Notes: generated from the sequence alone by a model not told the origin. Numbered from the stretch's first letter, positions 12,098 to 25,633 are shown. The stretch: DNA of 64,000 bases from Octopus vulgaris (GCA_951406725.2 OX597822.1:87916001-87980000); one strand, 5' to 3'. Translations and numbers: made by a program.

Positions 12098-12519
12098 GGA
12101 TCTTTTCGGTTTGAACGGCAGTTTTTTCTAGCGGTGTCATATGAAATTGTCACCCATAATTATAACCCTAGTATCGATCTATTGCATTTCAATCTGTTTT
12201 AGGGTTAGGGTTAGTTAGGGTTAGGGGGGAGGGTATCTTTTTTTTCTTCAGAAATGTAAATAAACCCAATCTGTTTCTTAAACGAGGGACATATTCATAT
12301 GGCACAGGATGTTTTCACCTCAATAGACGTCATTGATTGGTTGAAATTGCAGAAATTGAAGAAAAACAACAACAAATATCTTACAAACCATAGAATTTTC
12401 TCAATAAAGCCAAGAGAAAAAGATATTTTATAAACACATTCTACCAGTATACGAAGTTTAAAAGTGTTTAGTTACGTGGAAATTATTTAAAAAAACTGCC
12501 GTTCAAACCGAAAAGATCC
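12098..12519 (+). mobile_element. Merlin-like MITE inserted in a (GAT)n tract
   Basis: Perfect TIRs; TSD GATGATGA. Confidence 0.92.
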
Positions 12520-13034
12520 GATGATGATTGTGATGATGATGAGGGTGATGCAATGATAATGATGATTGTGATGATGATGACAATGGTGGGGTGTAGGGTT
12601 GGTGGTGGTGATGATAGTGATGATGATTGTTATTTTCCTAACGTTAAAATCCTCAGTCTAGTTTCCACTGCAACCAGTTTCTAAAGAGAAACAATGTAAT
12701 TATTTTAGTCACTTAGTATTGATGAAAAATTTGCTAAAAAATATAATGTTGTATCCTGTATGTTGGAAATCTATATGGTCGTCTGCGCCCGAGGAGAGCG
12801 GTTTATTTCAAATTGATGTAATGTTTTCATCGATCGACTAAATGGAGTCACTTGAAACGGCCGTAATGCACTGATACCTGGACATCCTTGTTACTTATTT
12901 GCTTTCTATTTACCAAACTTCGAGCTGCGCGGACCATACCAGACTGACTTGGTGCCTCAAATTAAGTGCCTAATTCAACTGAATCTTAATAATTTATGTG
13001 TATGTATGTATGTGTGTGTGTGTGTGTGTGTGTA

Positions 13035-13185
13035 AAATGGGCTTCTTTCAGTTTCCATCTACCAAATCCACTCACAAGGCTTTGGTCGGCCCGAGACTCC
13101 AGTAGAACAGTAGAATAAACTTGCCCAAGGTGCCACACAGTGGGATTGAACACGGTACCAGAACTATGTGGTCGTCACACAGTCA
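13035..13185 (-). mobile_element. SINE family 1, 5' half
   Basis: GCTTCTTTCAGTTTCC..CCACTCACAAGGCTTTGGTCGG..CCCAAGGTGCCAC. Confidence 0.8.
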
Positions 13186-13380
13186 CACGGAGTGAGTGAC
13201 TCTTAAGGATTTAAAACCAGATCCGATTGCTTCACTGTCTGTTATAAAGTTGTTAGTCATTAATAGTGTTCATTAATATTTTTATAATCAAAATATACAT
13301 GCTTGTGTATCACTAGCTTTCTAAATGTAAACTTGGAGAGGTACAAACATATACACATCCACACATACATATATACACAC

Positions 13381-13384
<4 letters not shown>

Positions 13385-13466
<82 letters not shown>

Positions 13467-13469
13467 ATT

Positions 13470-13516
<47 letters not shown>

Positions 13517-13566
13517 GATAGATTGATAGAGAGATAGATATGCATGAAAATACATTTTCTATCTAT

Positions 13567-13631
<65 letters not shown>

Positions 13632-13680
13632 CGTGTGTGTGTGTGTATACACACACACATATATATATACACTTGACACA
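13385..13680. repeat. Compound (GATA)n/(TA)n/(GT)n microsatellite
   Basis: Seen directly. Confidence 0.95.
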
Positions 13681-13879
13681 CACGCACAAACACGTTTGTC
13701 TGTCCTGGCTATGGAGTGTTACCGGTATTCAGCTGTATGTGTGTGTGTACATACATGGAAGGAAATAGTGAGGAAAGAAGAGAGGTGGGGGCGTTGTGTG
13801 TATGTTTACGAGTGTTTATAGATTCGTGTGAGTGTGCGTATTTCTATGTGCGTGAGTATCTAAGTGTATGTGTTTGTGT

Positions 13880-14189
13880 AACTGTGTCTGGATGTGGGAT
13901 GGCGTTGGGGTGACGTAAAAGTTGCGGCTTTCTGATTTGGCGCTTCATAAGACTTCTCCTACCACCACCACCGCCACCACCACCTCCACCTTCACCTCCA
14001 CTTTGTACCGTGTTAGCTGCTGCTTGTAAGGTGGACAGTGGACTCGTCCACTCTGTAAAAGTGACAGTAATCGTAGTCAATGAAACATTTTAAAGTGGTT
14101 TCTCCCCTCTAACTGAACAATTTATTACTGCCAAAATCGACACACTGACACACACACACACAAAAGGCAGATAGGTAGAGGAGGAGAAA
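13880..14189 (+). promoter_or_regulatory. Probable proximal promoter / 5' UTR of the laminin gene
   Basis: Mostly non-TE sequence directly upstream of the ATG, with a CRE-like TGACGTAA at 13911. The TSS cannot be determined. Confidence 0.3.
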
Positions 14190-14612
14190 ATGGCTGAGCC
14201 GAAAGGTAAACCCTCCTTACGGAACATCGATTTGCAGGTGTTAACTAAAGTCATCTTCATACTGACCAGTCTAGCATGCTTTATCGATGGCCAGGTATTG
14301 CAACCACCGTATTTAAACTTAGCCGAAAGAAAGACCGTCTGGGCGTCATCCACATGTGGAGTTGACGGCAACGTTCCTGAAATGTATTGTCGTCTGACAG
14401 GAGTCACTCCAATTACCCACGACAATTTGGTAATTCAACCCCATATCGAAATCCAGGCTGGACAATTTTGTGAATACTGTGATTCGACCAGTAAAGGAGA
14501 GTCACACCCGGCTGATTATGCCGTCGATGGAACCGAAAATTGGTGGCAAAGTCCGCCGTTGTCCAGGGGTATTGAATACAATAAGGTTAACTTCACAGTG
14601 GAACTGGGTCAG
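14190..14612 (+). CDS. LanA: Laminin alpha chain (LanA / LAMA3-LAMA5 type), first coding exon: signal peptide plus N-terminal part of the LN (domain VI) domain
   Basis: Hydrophobic leader, then VLQPPYLNLAE..VWASSTCG..EMYCRLTG..GQFCEYCD..HPADYAVDGTENWWQSPPLSRGIEYNKVNFTVELGQ. WWQSPPLSRG is characteristic of the alpha3/5/LanA clade. Canonical donor CAG|GTGAGA at 14612/14613, phase 0 (423 nt). Confidence 0.93.
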
Positions 14613-14761
14613 GTGAGACAAATTTTCTTTTTTACCGTTCAGTAATTTTACTGTTTGTGCTTGTGTGCGCGCACGTAGCGGTGTGTCTGTGTTTCTGTCC
14701 ACTTGTATATCTGGATGTATATATATATATATTACGTTCTTGTATTTTTATATATATTTTT

Positions 14762-14792
<31 letters not shown>

Positions 14793-15057
14793 CATAGTTC
14801 TTTGACTATGCATATGTAGGTAGATCTCTATGTAGCGGTCTGAGTGTGTGTATGCTCATATGTATCTAGTTGTGCATGTGTGTCTAAGACTGTGTGTCTG
14901 TGTATGTAGTTCTCTTAACTGTATGATTGTGTATGTAGTTATATCCGTGCGATTATTTGCATATGCGGGTTTGTATGTGTATGTGTACGTATGTGTGTGT
15001 TTGTATGTGTGTGTGTCTGTATGTATTTATATCTGTTACTAGATGCAGATGTATATA

Positions 15058-15108
<51 letters not shown>

Positions 15109-15218
15109 TTATATCTGTAGAGAGTTGTGTGAGTCTATGTAGTTGTATGTCTGTATACAGGTGTGTTTCCGTAAGCCTTTGGAGTTACGTCTCTCTCATG
15201 GCGATCTTTCGTTACAAG

Positions 15219-15271
<53 letters not shown>

Positions 15272-15461
15272 TGATCTTTATATATATGTATGTGTGTGTA
15301 AATGTTGTGCATTTGTGTACTTGCCACAGCGTACGTAGATGTCTTTTGTGTGTGTGTGTGTGTGTGCATCTCCGTTATTATATCAGTATATGTAACAAAG
15401 TGTACATATTTCAGTGTATCTTCTCTCAATCTGTCTGTGCTTCTTTCTTTGCTTGTATATA

Positions 15462-15507
<46 letters not shown>

Positions 15508-15519
15508 ATATATAAGTAT

Positions 15520-15720
15520 TCTTTTATTCCTTTAGTTGTTTCAGTCAGTTGACTGTGGCCATGCTGGAACACCGCTTTTTAGTCGAAGAAATCGACACCT
15601 GGAATTATTCTTTGTAAGCCTGGTGCTTATTGTATCGGTCTTTTCTGCCGAACCGCTAAGTTACGGGGGACATAAACCAACATCGGTTGTCAAGTGATGG
15701 CGGGGTGGGGGACAAACACA
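15520..15720 (-). mobile_element. SINE family 1, 3' half
   Basis: GTTTCAGTC..GCCATGCTGG..CCGAACCGCTAAGTTACGGGG. Confidence 0.85.
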
Positions 15721-15750
15721 TATAAATACGCATATAAATACATACATACA

Positions 15751-16115
15751 TGTGTGGTAAGAAGCCCGCTTCCCAACCACATGGTTCCGCGTTCAGTCCC
15801 ACTGCGTGGAATCTTGGGCAAGTGTCTTCTACTATAGTCTCGGGCCGACCAAAGCCTTATGAGTGGATTTGGTTGATGGAAAATGTAAGAAGCCCATCAA
15901 ATATATGTATTTGTGTGTCTGTGTTTGTCCCCCACCCCACCATCGTTTTGACAAACGATGTTGGTGTGTTTACGTCCCTGTAACTTGACAGTTCAGCAAA
16001 ACAGACCAATAGAATAAATACTAGGCTTACTTAGAATAAGTTCTGGAGTCAATTTGTTCGACTAAAGGCAGTGCTCCAGCATGGCTGCAGTCAAATGACT
16101 GAAACACATAAAAGA
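15751..16115 (+). mobile_element. SINE family 1, near full length
   Basis: Both halves present; matches 2954-3390. Confidence 0.85.
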
Positions 16116-16172
16116 ATACACACACAAACACACACACACACACACACACATATATATGTATATATACATGTG

Positions 16173-16208
<36 letters not shown>

Positions 16209-16610
16209 AAGGCATATCTGGAAAACTTCAAGAAGGGGCACATTTGTGTAAGTATGCCATACATATATACATACATACATTCAGCTATGAATTGTGAAGC
16301 ACCCACTTAAACTACGTGTTGGAATTCTGAAATATCACTAAAAATTCTAATGCATTGTGTTCTCTTGTTTATAAAAGATACTACATAATGGTAATAAAGT
16401 CACAGCTTCCCTCATTGGGTCTCGGAGTATATTATTTATGATACACACTGCCAAGAGTCTATGAAAACTTCTCAGGTGTGCTGTCTTGTCTTAAAATATA
16501 TCATAAAATAGTAATTAAGTCAGTTTAATTAAGCCTAGCTGCCACTTATGGGAAACGAGAAGTTATTTGTAAAATTTAGGTATTCAACAAATTAAGCATG
16601 TGTGTGTGTA

Positions 16611-16665
<55 letters not shown>

Positions 16666-16826
16666 TTGGGTGGTTGGAAAGGCTTCAACAAGTAGAATAG
16701 AACTTAATCATCTAAGAAGAGTAAAGATATATATATATATATATATATATATAAATCGATTGTCTGCGGATATATAGATGTGTATGAATGTGTGTATATA
16801 TGTATGTATATATATATATATATGTA

Positions 16827-16873
<47 letters not shown>

Positions 16874-17082
16874 AAATGTGTGTATGTATATATATTGGTA
16901 AAAACGTTAAGATAACAAAAGAAAGAAAGAGACCTCAATATTATGTAAATAGAGGAAATTGATCTGTAAAATAATATCTGACAATTATTCAATAGCCAAG
17001 ATAAAGCTCTGAGTTTCGGATGCCGAGGTGGAAATCCACAACACCATATCCGGCTAATCTGGCCATAAGAGATGGCCAGATA

Positions 17083-17380
17083 ACCTTGGGCCAACCAAAG
17101 CCTTGTGAGTAGATTTGGTAGACGGAAACTGAAAGAAGCCTGTCGTATATATATATATATATATATGTGTGTATGTTTATGTGTGTCCCCCTCAACATCA
17201 CTTGACAAACGATGCTGGTGTGTTTATGTCTCTGCAACTTAGCAGTTCAGCAAAAGAAACCGATGGAATAAGTACTAGGCTTACAAAGAATAAGTCCTGG
17301 GATCGATTTGCTCGACTAAAGGCAGTGCTCCAGCATGGCCACAGTCAAAATGACTAAAACAAGTAAAAGAATAAAAGAAT
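17083..17380 (+). mobile_element. SINE family 1, 5'-truncated
   Basis: CCAAAGCCTTGTGAG..GACGGAAACTGAAAGAAGCC..CAGCATGGCCACAGTC. Confidence 0.85.
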
Positions 17381-17544
17381 ACATGTATATATGCATATAT
17401 ACATATATAATTATAAAGATATAATTATAGGTTAGGGCTACTGGAAATTACCAGTGCCAATACTACTAATAGGTGTCACATGCCTACAGTCCACGCTACA
17501 ATTTGCTCTCTATATACAACCACAGGTATGAACACGAGGTAATA

Positions 17545-18073
17545 AGCAATTTTCTGCAATTTGCTTTTGATCTCAACTACGGTGTTAAAACAGTGACCTT
17601 TGAGCTGCATTTTCATCTTGACAAACAGGTGGGAGTCCGCAGGTGTTAAATCTGGTGCGGATATCGGAAAAAAACCCCAAAACAAAACAATGATCGTACT
17701 CTTGATTGAGCTATGGCTCTGCCGTTCCTTTTAAAGCACCGATGTTATTTGAAACATTGCATATGATCCATTGCCTCGTCATCATGAGCTTGCCGAAACA
17801 TGTTGAATGTTTCTATAGCAGATTTCCCATGTTCAACGCAAAATTTCACGTTGGCCCTTTGTTCCAATTGCCTGTCCATGACAAAAATCGCAGACTACAG
17901 CATATACGTGATCACAAAAACACTAATTTCACAACTTGCGAAGTAAACGCAGTGATATCACATGGCACACTGCCACATGAAGGTCACCACTAGCTATTAC
18001 TGCGCACACAACTGTATGCTGCCATCTGGTGATGCGCTACAGAGTTGGGACGGGAACTGTTTGATACCACCTC

Positions 18074-18074
<1 letters not shown>
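17545..18074 (-). mobile_element. Internally deleted mariner element
   Basis: Minus strand: TA-GGAGGTGGTATCAAACAGTTCCCG terminus, N-terminal LEQRANVKFCVEHGKSA and C-terminal APDLTPADSHLF..KMQLKG motifs. Confidence 0.85.
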
Positions 18075-18171
<97 letters not shown>

Positions 18172-18188
18172 CTCTCTCTCTCTATATA

Positions 18189-18223
<35 letters not shown>

Positions 18224-18269
18224 GTGTGTGTATGTGTTTTTATGTATGTATGTATGTATGTATGTATGT

Positions 18270-18319
<50 letters not shown>

Positions 18320-18323
<4 letters not shown>

Positions 18324-18622
18324 TCTTAAGCAGATCAGGCCGAAAACGTCGCTAGAAGCTAGGATCACCAAGCATAGATTGGCATATTTTGGTCATACTA
18401 TGCGGAGAAAATCCCTGGAGAAGGACATCATGCTCGGAATGGTCAGTAGCAAGAGAGGAAGAGGCCGACCAAGAACCCACTGGCTTGACACCATCAAGAG
18501 TGATACCAGAATGGACATAGCCAATCTGAAAGAAGCGGCCCAGGATAGAACTGACTGGAGGACACTGATCCATCGAGTAACCGAGAGTCGACTTCAACTG
18601 AGCGGATAGATAGATAGATAGA
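18320..18622 (+). mobile_element. RTE/BovB-like LINE 3' end
   Basis: SLEARITKHRLAYFGHTMRRKSLEKDIMLG..RGRGRPRTHWLD..AAQDRTDWR..VTESR, then stop and a (GATA)n tail. Confidence 0.9.
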
Positions 18623-18663
18623 TATTTGTGTGTGTGTGTGTGTGTGTGTGGTGTGTATATATA

Positions 18664-18719
<56 letters not shown>

Positions 18720-18892
18720 AATACATATACATAGCATTGTACATATATGCAAAATATATATACTTGCAAACAGACATATATATATGCCAATACGAGTATA
18801 CATATATTTCAATATGCATATGAACAAAATAAATACAAATCAACAGACACATATGCCAATATATACGCATGGCAACATACATACATACACAC

Positions 18893-19045
18893 AGGCGTGG
18901 CTGTGTGATAAAAAGCTCTCTTCCCAACCACATGGTTCCGGGTTCATTGCCACTGTGTGGAACCTTGGACAAGCGTCTTCCACTATAACCTCAGGCCGAC
19001 CAAAGCCTTGTGAATGGATTTGGTAGACAGAAACTGAAAGAATCC

Positions 19046-19121
<76 letters not shown>

Positions 19122-19295
19122 ATGTGTCTGTGTTTGTGTTTATGTGTCTGTGTTTGTCCCCCCCCCCCACACACACACCATAGCTTGACAACCAAAGTTG
19201 GCGTGTTTACTTCCCCGTAACTGAGCGGTGCGGCAAGACACCAATAGAATATGTACTACGTTTACAAGTACAGTCAAATGACTGAAACAAGTATA
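18893..19295 (+). mobile_element. SINE family 1
   Basis: AGGCGTGGCTGTGTG head, internal (GT)n, partly deleted 3' half. Confidence 0.85.
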
Positions 19296-19329
19296 AAAAA
19301 AATAAATAACAAAAACATGTACGTCTATT

Positions 19330-19388
<59 letters not shown>

Positions 19389-19584
19389 GTGCGCGTGCGT
19401 GTGTGTGTACAGACGAGCCTAAGATCTCTATATATGAACAGAATCTGTTCCAGAGCCCTTTTCATTAGTTTGTTCATTACATGAGTAATTGGAATACATA
19501 TAGATAGAGGCAATACACACCAAGCTGCACCCAAATACCAAATAAAAGCGATGTTTTATTTGTCTATTCATTAATGTTAAATAC

Positions 19585-19650
<66 letters not shown>

Positions 19651-19652
<2 letters not shown>

Positions 19653-19765
19653 ATCTTTTCACTTTGACCGGCAGATTTTTAAAATAATTTCTTTGTAACT
19701 AAAGACTTTTAAACTTCGTATACTGGTAGAATGTGTTACATAAAACATCTTTTTCTCTTAGCTTT

Positions 19766-19768
<3 letters not shown>
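19651..19768 (-). mobile_element. Merlin-like MITE, single-end fragment embedded in (TA)n
   Basis: GGATCTTTTCACTTTGACCGGCAG..AAACTTCGTATACTGGTAGAATGTG. Confidence 0.8.
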
Positions 19769-19831
<63 letters not shown>

Positions 19832-20519
19832 ATATATATAATTTGTATGTATGTACATTTACCCCTTGTCGATCCATGTTTATAGCAAAAAATATGAGAC
19901 ATAAAAATATGAGAAATAAAAATATAAAATATGAAAGCTGTATAAAACAGGTATATGATAATCAAGTAACCGTTTGTACGTGCCAGCACCTATATAAATT
20001 TGTACGGAGTGCACTAGTTGTTTGTTCTGATTTCAGCTCGCTAAGCGAACGGACACTGATCCACTTTATATGAGAGCATAGTTTGCTCCTAGTGTGTTGA
20101 TCACATTTAGATTTGTCAAGTGATTTTAAGATTTTTCACAAAAACTGTTCGTTATTCAAACTGTTTGCATATACGAATATACACATACAAACCACATATA
20201 TATACGTACAAATATACAGACACACATAAAACACAATACTTCCGCACTTCTATATATATTCCAGTTTGAATAGAGTAATGTATACTAGTTTTACAATGGC
20301 ACATACATGTATGTACATACATATATGAATATTATGACATTGCCTGGGTTACACAGCGATGAGGTCATAATGCTCATTTGTGTGTGTAGTCCTAATTATG
20401 GTCTCATGACCAACATTCATTTAATTAACATTTTCAACAAAATCAGAGGTATTCCATTGTGTGTAAAATTAACATGAAGCAAATTTGCTTGCATATCCGC
20501 AACATGTGGACATGATATT

Positions 20520-20608
<89 letters not shown>

Positions 20609-20769
20609 CCGTACCTTAAGTTACCCTCCTAGGTACAAGTCTGGGCAAGGTTGTTTATGGAAGACCAGCAGTCGCCCATGCATACCGGTCTCCCCTCTCC
20701 ACGCCACCGGTGTTATCCAAGGGAAAGACAAAGGCTTGGCACCTAGTTTCTCCCCCTGGCATGTGACGG

Positions 20770-21693
20770 AGTCTGTTTTCTGAGCATCTGTGGTTTTTAT
20801 TGCCCCTGTGCATCTGCTGCACATGAAAGCTCTCTTCCCGGTTAATCTTCCTTTGATGTTGCTGCACCTCTTATGTGTCCATAGCTTACACTGGGTACAT
20901 CTTATGGAATTTCTACTTACACCTTTTCTACAGATCCAGCAGGGCCACCTACCTGAAGGAGTGTGTGATGTGTTCGCCTTCCTACTTACTAGAATTTTGG
21001 TCTTTGCAACATTGACTCTAAGGCCCTTCGATTCTAAACCTTGCTTACAAACCTGAAATTTCTTCTTTAGTTCTGGTAGTGATTATGCTATGCGGGCCGG
21101 ATCATCAGCATAGAGGAGTTCCCAGGGGCAACCTATCTTGAATTCCTCTGTTATTGCCTGGAGGACTATGATGAATAAGAGGGGGCTGAGGTCCTTTGTG
21201 AACCTCTACTTCTACCCGGAATTCTTCACTATACTCATTTCTAATCTTAACCCTACTGACGGCATCTCTGTATAGGGCCTGTACAGCCCTTATTAACCAT
21301 TCGTTAATCCCCAGTTTCCGTATCGCCCACCAAATAAGGGATCGGGGGACCCTGTCAAAGGCTTTCTCCAAGTCCACAAACGCCAAATATAGGGAGTTAT
21401 CTTTGGCTAGGTATTTCTCCTGCAGTTGTCGGACCATGAATATGGCATCAGTGGTGCTTCTACCTGGCACAAAACCGAACTGCATCTCATCTAAGCAGAC
21501 TCTTTTCCTAATTAGTTGGGCTATGGCCCTCTTCGTGACCTTCATCACCTGATGCAGCAGTTTGATACCCCTGTAGTTATTTCTATCTAAAGCATCACCT
21601 TTACCTTTGTAGCTGTTGACTAAGGTGCTGCTACGCCAGTCATTGGGTATGACACCGTCATGAACTACCTGGTTTACAATACGGGTGACTAGG
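20770..21693 (-). mobile_element. RTE-clade LINE reverse transcriptase fragment
   Basis: YKGKGDALDRNNYRGIKLL, QFGFVPGRSTTDAIF..LQEKYL, AFVDLEKAFDRVPR and LLYADD motifs, frameshifted. Confidence 0.92.
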
Positions 21694-21843
21694 CCTCATC
21701 AAGAAATTTGATGAGAGGGAGGAGGAACTACAGTCCTCGGACATAGAAAGTAGCTGGAAATTCTTACGGGACAGCTTACTGAGTACCACAGACCAAGTCT
21801 GCAGATGATACCATGTCCCTATATATAATGTGTATATATATAT

Positions 21844-22148
21844 TGTTGGCACTCCGTCGGTTACGACGACGAGGGTTCCAGTTGATCCGATCAACGGAAC
21901 AGCCTGCTCGTGAAATTAACGTGTACTCTTAACGTAGTTCTCGGGGAGATTCAGCATGACACAGAGTGTGACAAGGTTGGCCCTTTGAAATACAGGTACA
22001 ACAGAAACAGGAAGAAAGAGTGAGAGAAAGTTGTGGTGAAAGAGTACAGCAGGATTCGCCACCATACCCTGCCGCAGTCTCGTGGAACTTTAGGTGTTTT
22101 CGCTCAATAAACACTCACAACGCCCGGTCTGGGAATCGAAACCGCGAG
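21844..22148 (-). mobile_element. tRNA-derived SINE family 3
   Basis: B-box-like GGTTTCGATTCCC on the minus strand at the right end. A second copy lies at 60074-60400. Confidence 0.75.
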
Positions 22149-22417
22149 ATATATATATATATATATATTACAAAATTAGAGAATGGAGAAACATACTTAA
22201 ATCGATGTTTTATTGATTTAAGTATGTTTCTCCATTCTCTAATTTTGTAGTATTAATTTACGGTAATATTATTACCTTTACCCATATAATACATTAGATG
22301 AACTGATTGTTTGACAATTTTTAGCATCTATGTATTAATCTTGTTGGGTACCTATCTGGCAGTATATTGGATATATATTATCCCATGGTGGGTTGAATTT
22401 TCAACCCCTATCTCATT

Positions 22418-22469
<52 letters not shown>

Positions 22470-22471
<2 letters not shown>

Positions 22472-23500
22472 TATTCTGTTGTTTCAGCTCAGAACAGCGG
22501 CCATGCTGTTTTGCTACACTGTTATTACTGGGAGGCACTTGGTGAGGAATGGAGTTTGATGTAGCTACTCTCATTTGTACCTCTTGCCGTGAGGTAGGTA
22601 CATCTGGGACTCTCGACAAGAAGAGGTCCAGCTTTGATTTAAAAACGTTTGCATCTACTTTGTGCAAGTTCCGCAGGCTCTTTGGGAGAATATTAAAAAG
22701 CTGTGGGCCCTTGAAACCCAGGCTGTTGCAGTAACTAGTCCTGAAGCGCGATGGCGTTGATGGGATCTTTGGTACTATGCAGTGTCGTCCCGTTCTGGCA
22801 TTTCAATGCCAAAATTTGGCACAATTCCTTCCAAGATCTTCCAGATGTATATTACTGCATACCTCCCCCCACTTCTCTCCAGAGAGTAGAGTCTTAGCTG
22901 TTTCAGCCTTTCACAGTAGCCGAGCAGTTGCAAAGAGACGATCTTCTTTGTGAATCTTCTCTGGATTGCTTCAAGGTACGCTGTTAATTTCACACTGGTG
23001 GGTGACCATAGCAGTGAGCAGTAATCCAGGCGGTTGAGGACGAATGTCTTCCAGAGGACTATCATGGTTTCCTTATCCCTGGTTCTGAATGTTCTCAGGA
23101 TCAAGCCAGCCAGTCGTCTGCACTTTGTCGCCATCATGGTAATGTGCACTTGGAAAGAGGTATCATCACTCATGTCTATACCCAGGTCCCTCACTGATTT
23201 AGGTTCTGTGATTGAAATTCCCTGTGGACCAGTGTACCCTGTAAGTTTCATATTCAGTTTTGGATGCTGGTAGCGCAGGGCTTGGAATTTTTCAGCATTA
23301 AACTGCATATTATTATCCTCAGCCCATCTGTAAATTGAGTCCAACTCCTGCTGCAGATGTGCAACATCGCTGGAGTTCTGTATTTTCTGCGAGATTTTCA
23401 TTTCGGCTGCGTAGCTTGCAAGGGTGGCTATCCGGGCACTTGAGGACATATCTGAGAGGTCCACTATAAAAATCAGTAGTCCCAGCTCTTGGTGGTCCAA
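22470..23500 (-). mobile_element. CR1-clade LINE, 5'-truncated (RT C-terminal half to 3' end)
   Basis: LQQELDSIYRWAEDNNMQFNAEKF, VRDLGIDM, RLDYCSLLWSP, LEAIQRRFTK, LRLYSLER, FKSKLDLFL. The YADD motif is degraded. Confidence 0.9.
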
Positions 23501-23619
23501 ATCGGATGCGCAATCTGTGAGGGTGTCTTTTCAGAACATTGTCTAGTTTAAAAAGCCACATTAGATGCTATGATGGTGCTAAGGTGTAGGTACAGAAGGT
23601 GCATAAGGAATAGACAACC

Positions 23620-23622
23620 ACC

Positions 23623-23675
<53 letters not shown>

Positions 23676-23753
23676 AGAGGGTCTGTTTTTGATCTGACCA
23701 GAATGAATTTCAAAACGAATTTGTATATATATTTATGAATATATATGTCTATA

Positions 23754-23808
<55 letters not shown>

Positions 23809-23825
23809 ACACATATATGTGTATG

Positions 23826-23887
<62 letters not shown>

Positions 23888-23917
23888 GCAATATGTGTAT
23901 ATGTGTGTGTATAGATT

Positions 23918-23964
<47 letters not shown>

Positions 23965-24064
23965 ATATATATGTATGTGTGTATATATATGTATGTGTGT
24001 ATATATATGTATGTGTGTATATATATGTGTGTGCATATATATTTATATATATATACATATATTT

Positions 24065-24119
<55 letters not shown>

Positions 24120-24122
24120 TTT

Positions 24123-24174
<52 letters not shown>

Positions 24175-24188
24175 AAAAAAAAAAAAAA
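23620..24188. repeat. (TA)n-rich compound microsatellite
   Basis: Seen directly. Confidence 0.95.
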
Positions 24189-24919
24189 CGCATACACGTT
24201 ACTGATCGGGTTGCCAAAAAACTTTTAAAAGCCTGCATATTAAAATGTTAACTAATTGGTAAGATTGCTTTGTAGTCGCATCTCCAGAAATACATTTTAA
24301 GAGAGGCAGCGCTCACGACCTTTTGAGAGGCTTAGTGATTGTGGGAGGAACGTAGTTAAGTAGAGAAAGTAGTTAACTAGAGAAGTGTTTTGCTCAAGAA
24401 CACAACACAACGCTACTCTGGGAATGCAAACTACGATTTTGCGATCGTAAGTGTAACATCCTATCCTCTTAGCTCACGTACCTTCACGTATGTGCATGTG
24501 TGTATTTTATATGAACTTATGAAAGCATACGGTCTGACTCAAGAGCCTCACATGGAGAATCCCTGGAATATTTTATAAATTTTCGCTCTATTCCTCATCG
24601 ACTGTATTTGCAGAATATCAGTCTACTTTGTTCCTTATGGAGAACTCTAATAAATCTGCTGTTACGTAGCTCATTGCTGCACCTATGACAATGGGTACAA
24701 AAGAAACAATAAATCTGAACTGCAATGGGACTTCTCATTGCATGTAAATAATGAATTTGTAGATGTTTATTTGATTTGTTGACAGCTGTTTCGTAATCTG
24801 TTATATATGTGGGTGTGTGTTTCATTAGTTCTTTATTTTCTAAATCTGTTTAATTATGGAGAGTTATTTATGTTTGTATTTACGTCTCTCTCACTCCCCC
24901 ACTGTGTACATATATATAC

Positions 24920-25293
<374 letters not shown>

Positions 25294-25549
25294 TTTATGT
25301 AGGCATACATGCATGGATACATGCCTGAACGAATAAGTAGACTTATCTACCATCCAGCTCAATGTCCAAATTCAGTCACTGGATACATTTACACCTCAAT
25401 TCATCCAGGTGTCACGGAATGACTATCAGGTGTTTGGGAGGTGAAGTGGGGGTGAAGGTCACTAATACTGCTCCCTCATTGAAAGATAGCTGAGATCATG
25501 TCAGGTCAAAAATTTCGTTTTGTTATAAGCAAGAGTGCCTGACCTACAC

Positions 25550-25633
<84 letters not shown>

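Noticed and set aside
14613-14645. Read-through of the laminin ORF into the intron, giving a 151-aa secreted mini-protein (LaNt-like)
   Set aside because: A strong donor site sits at the end of homology, the extra 10 codons are unremarkable, the LN domain would be incomplete, and there is no transcript evidence.
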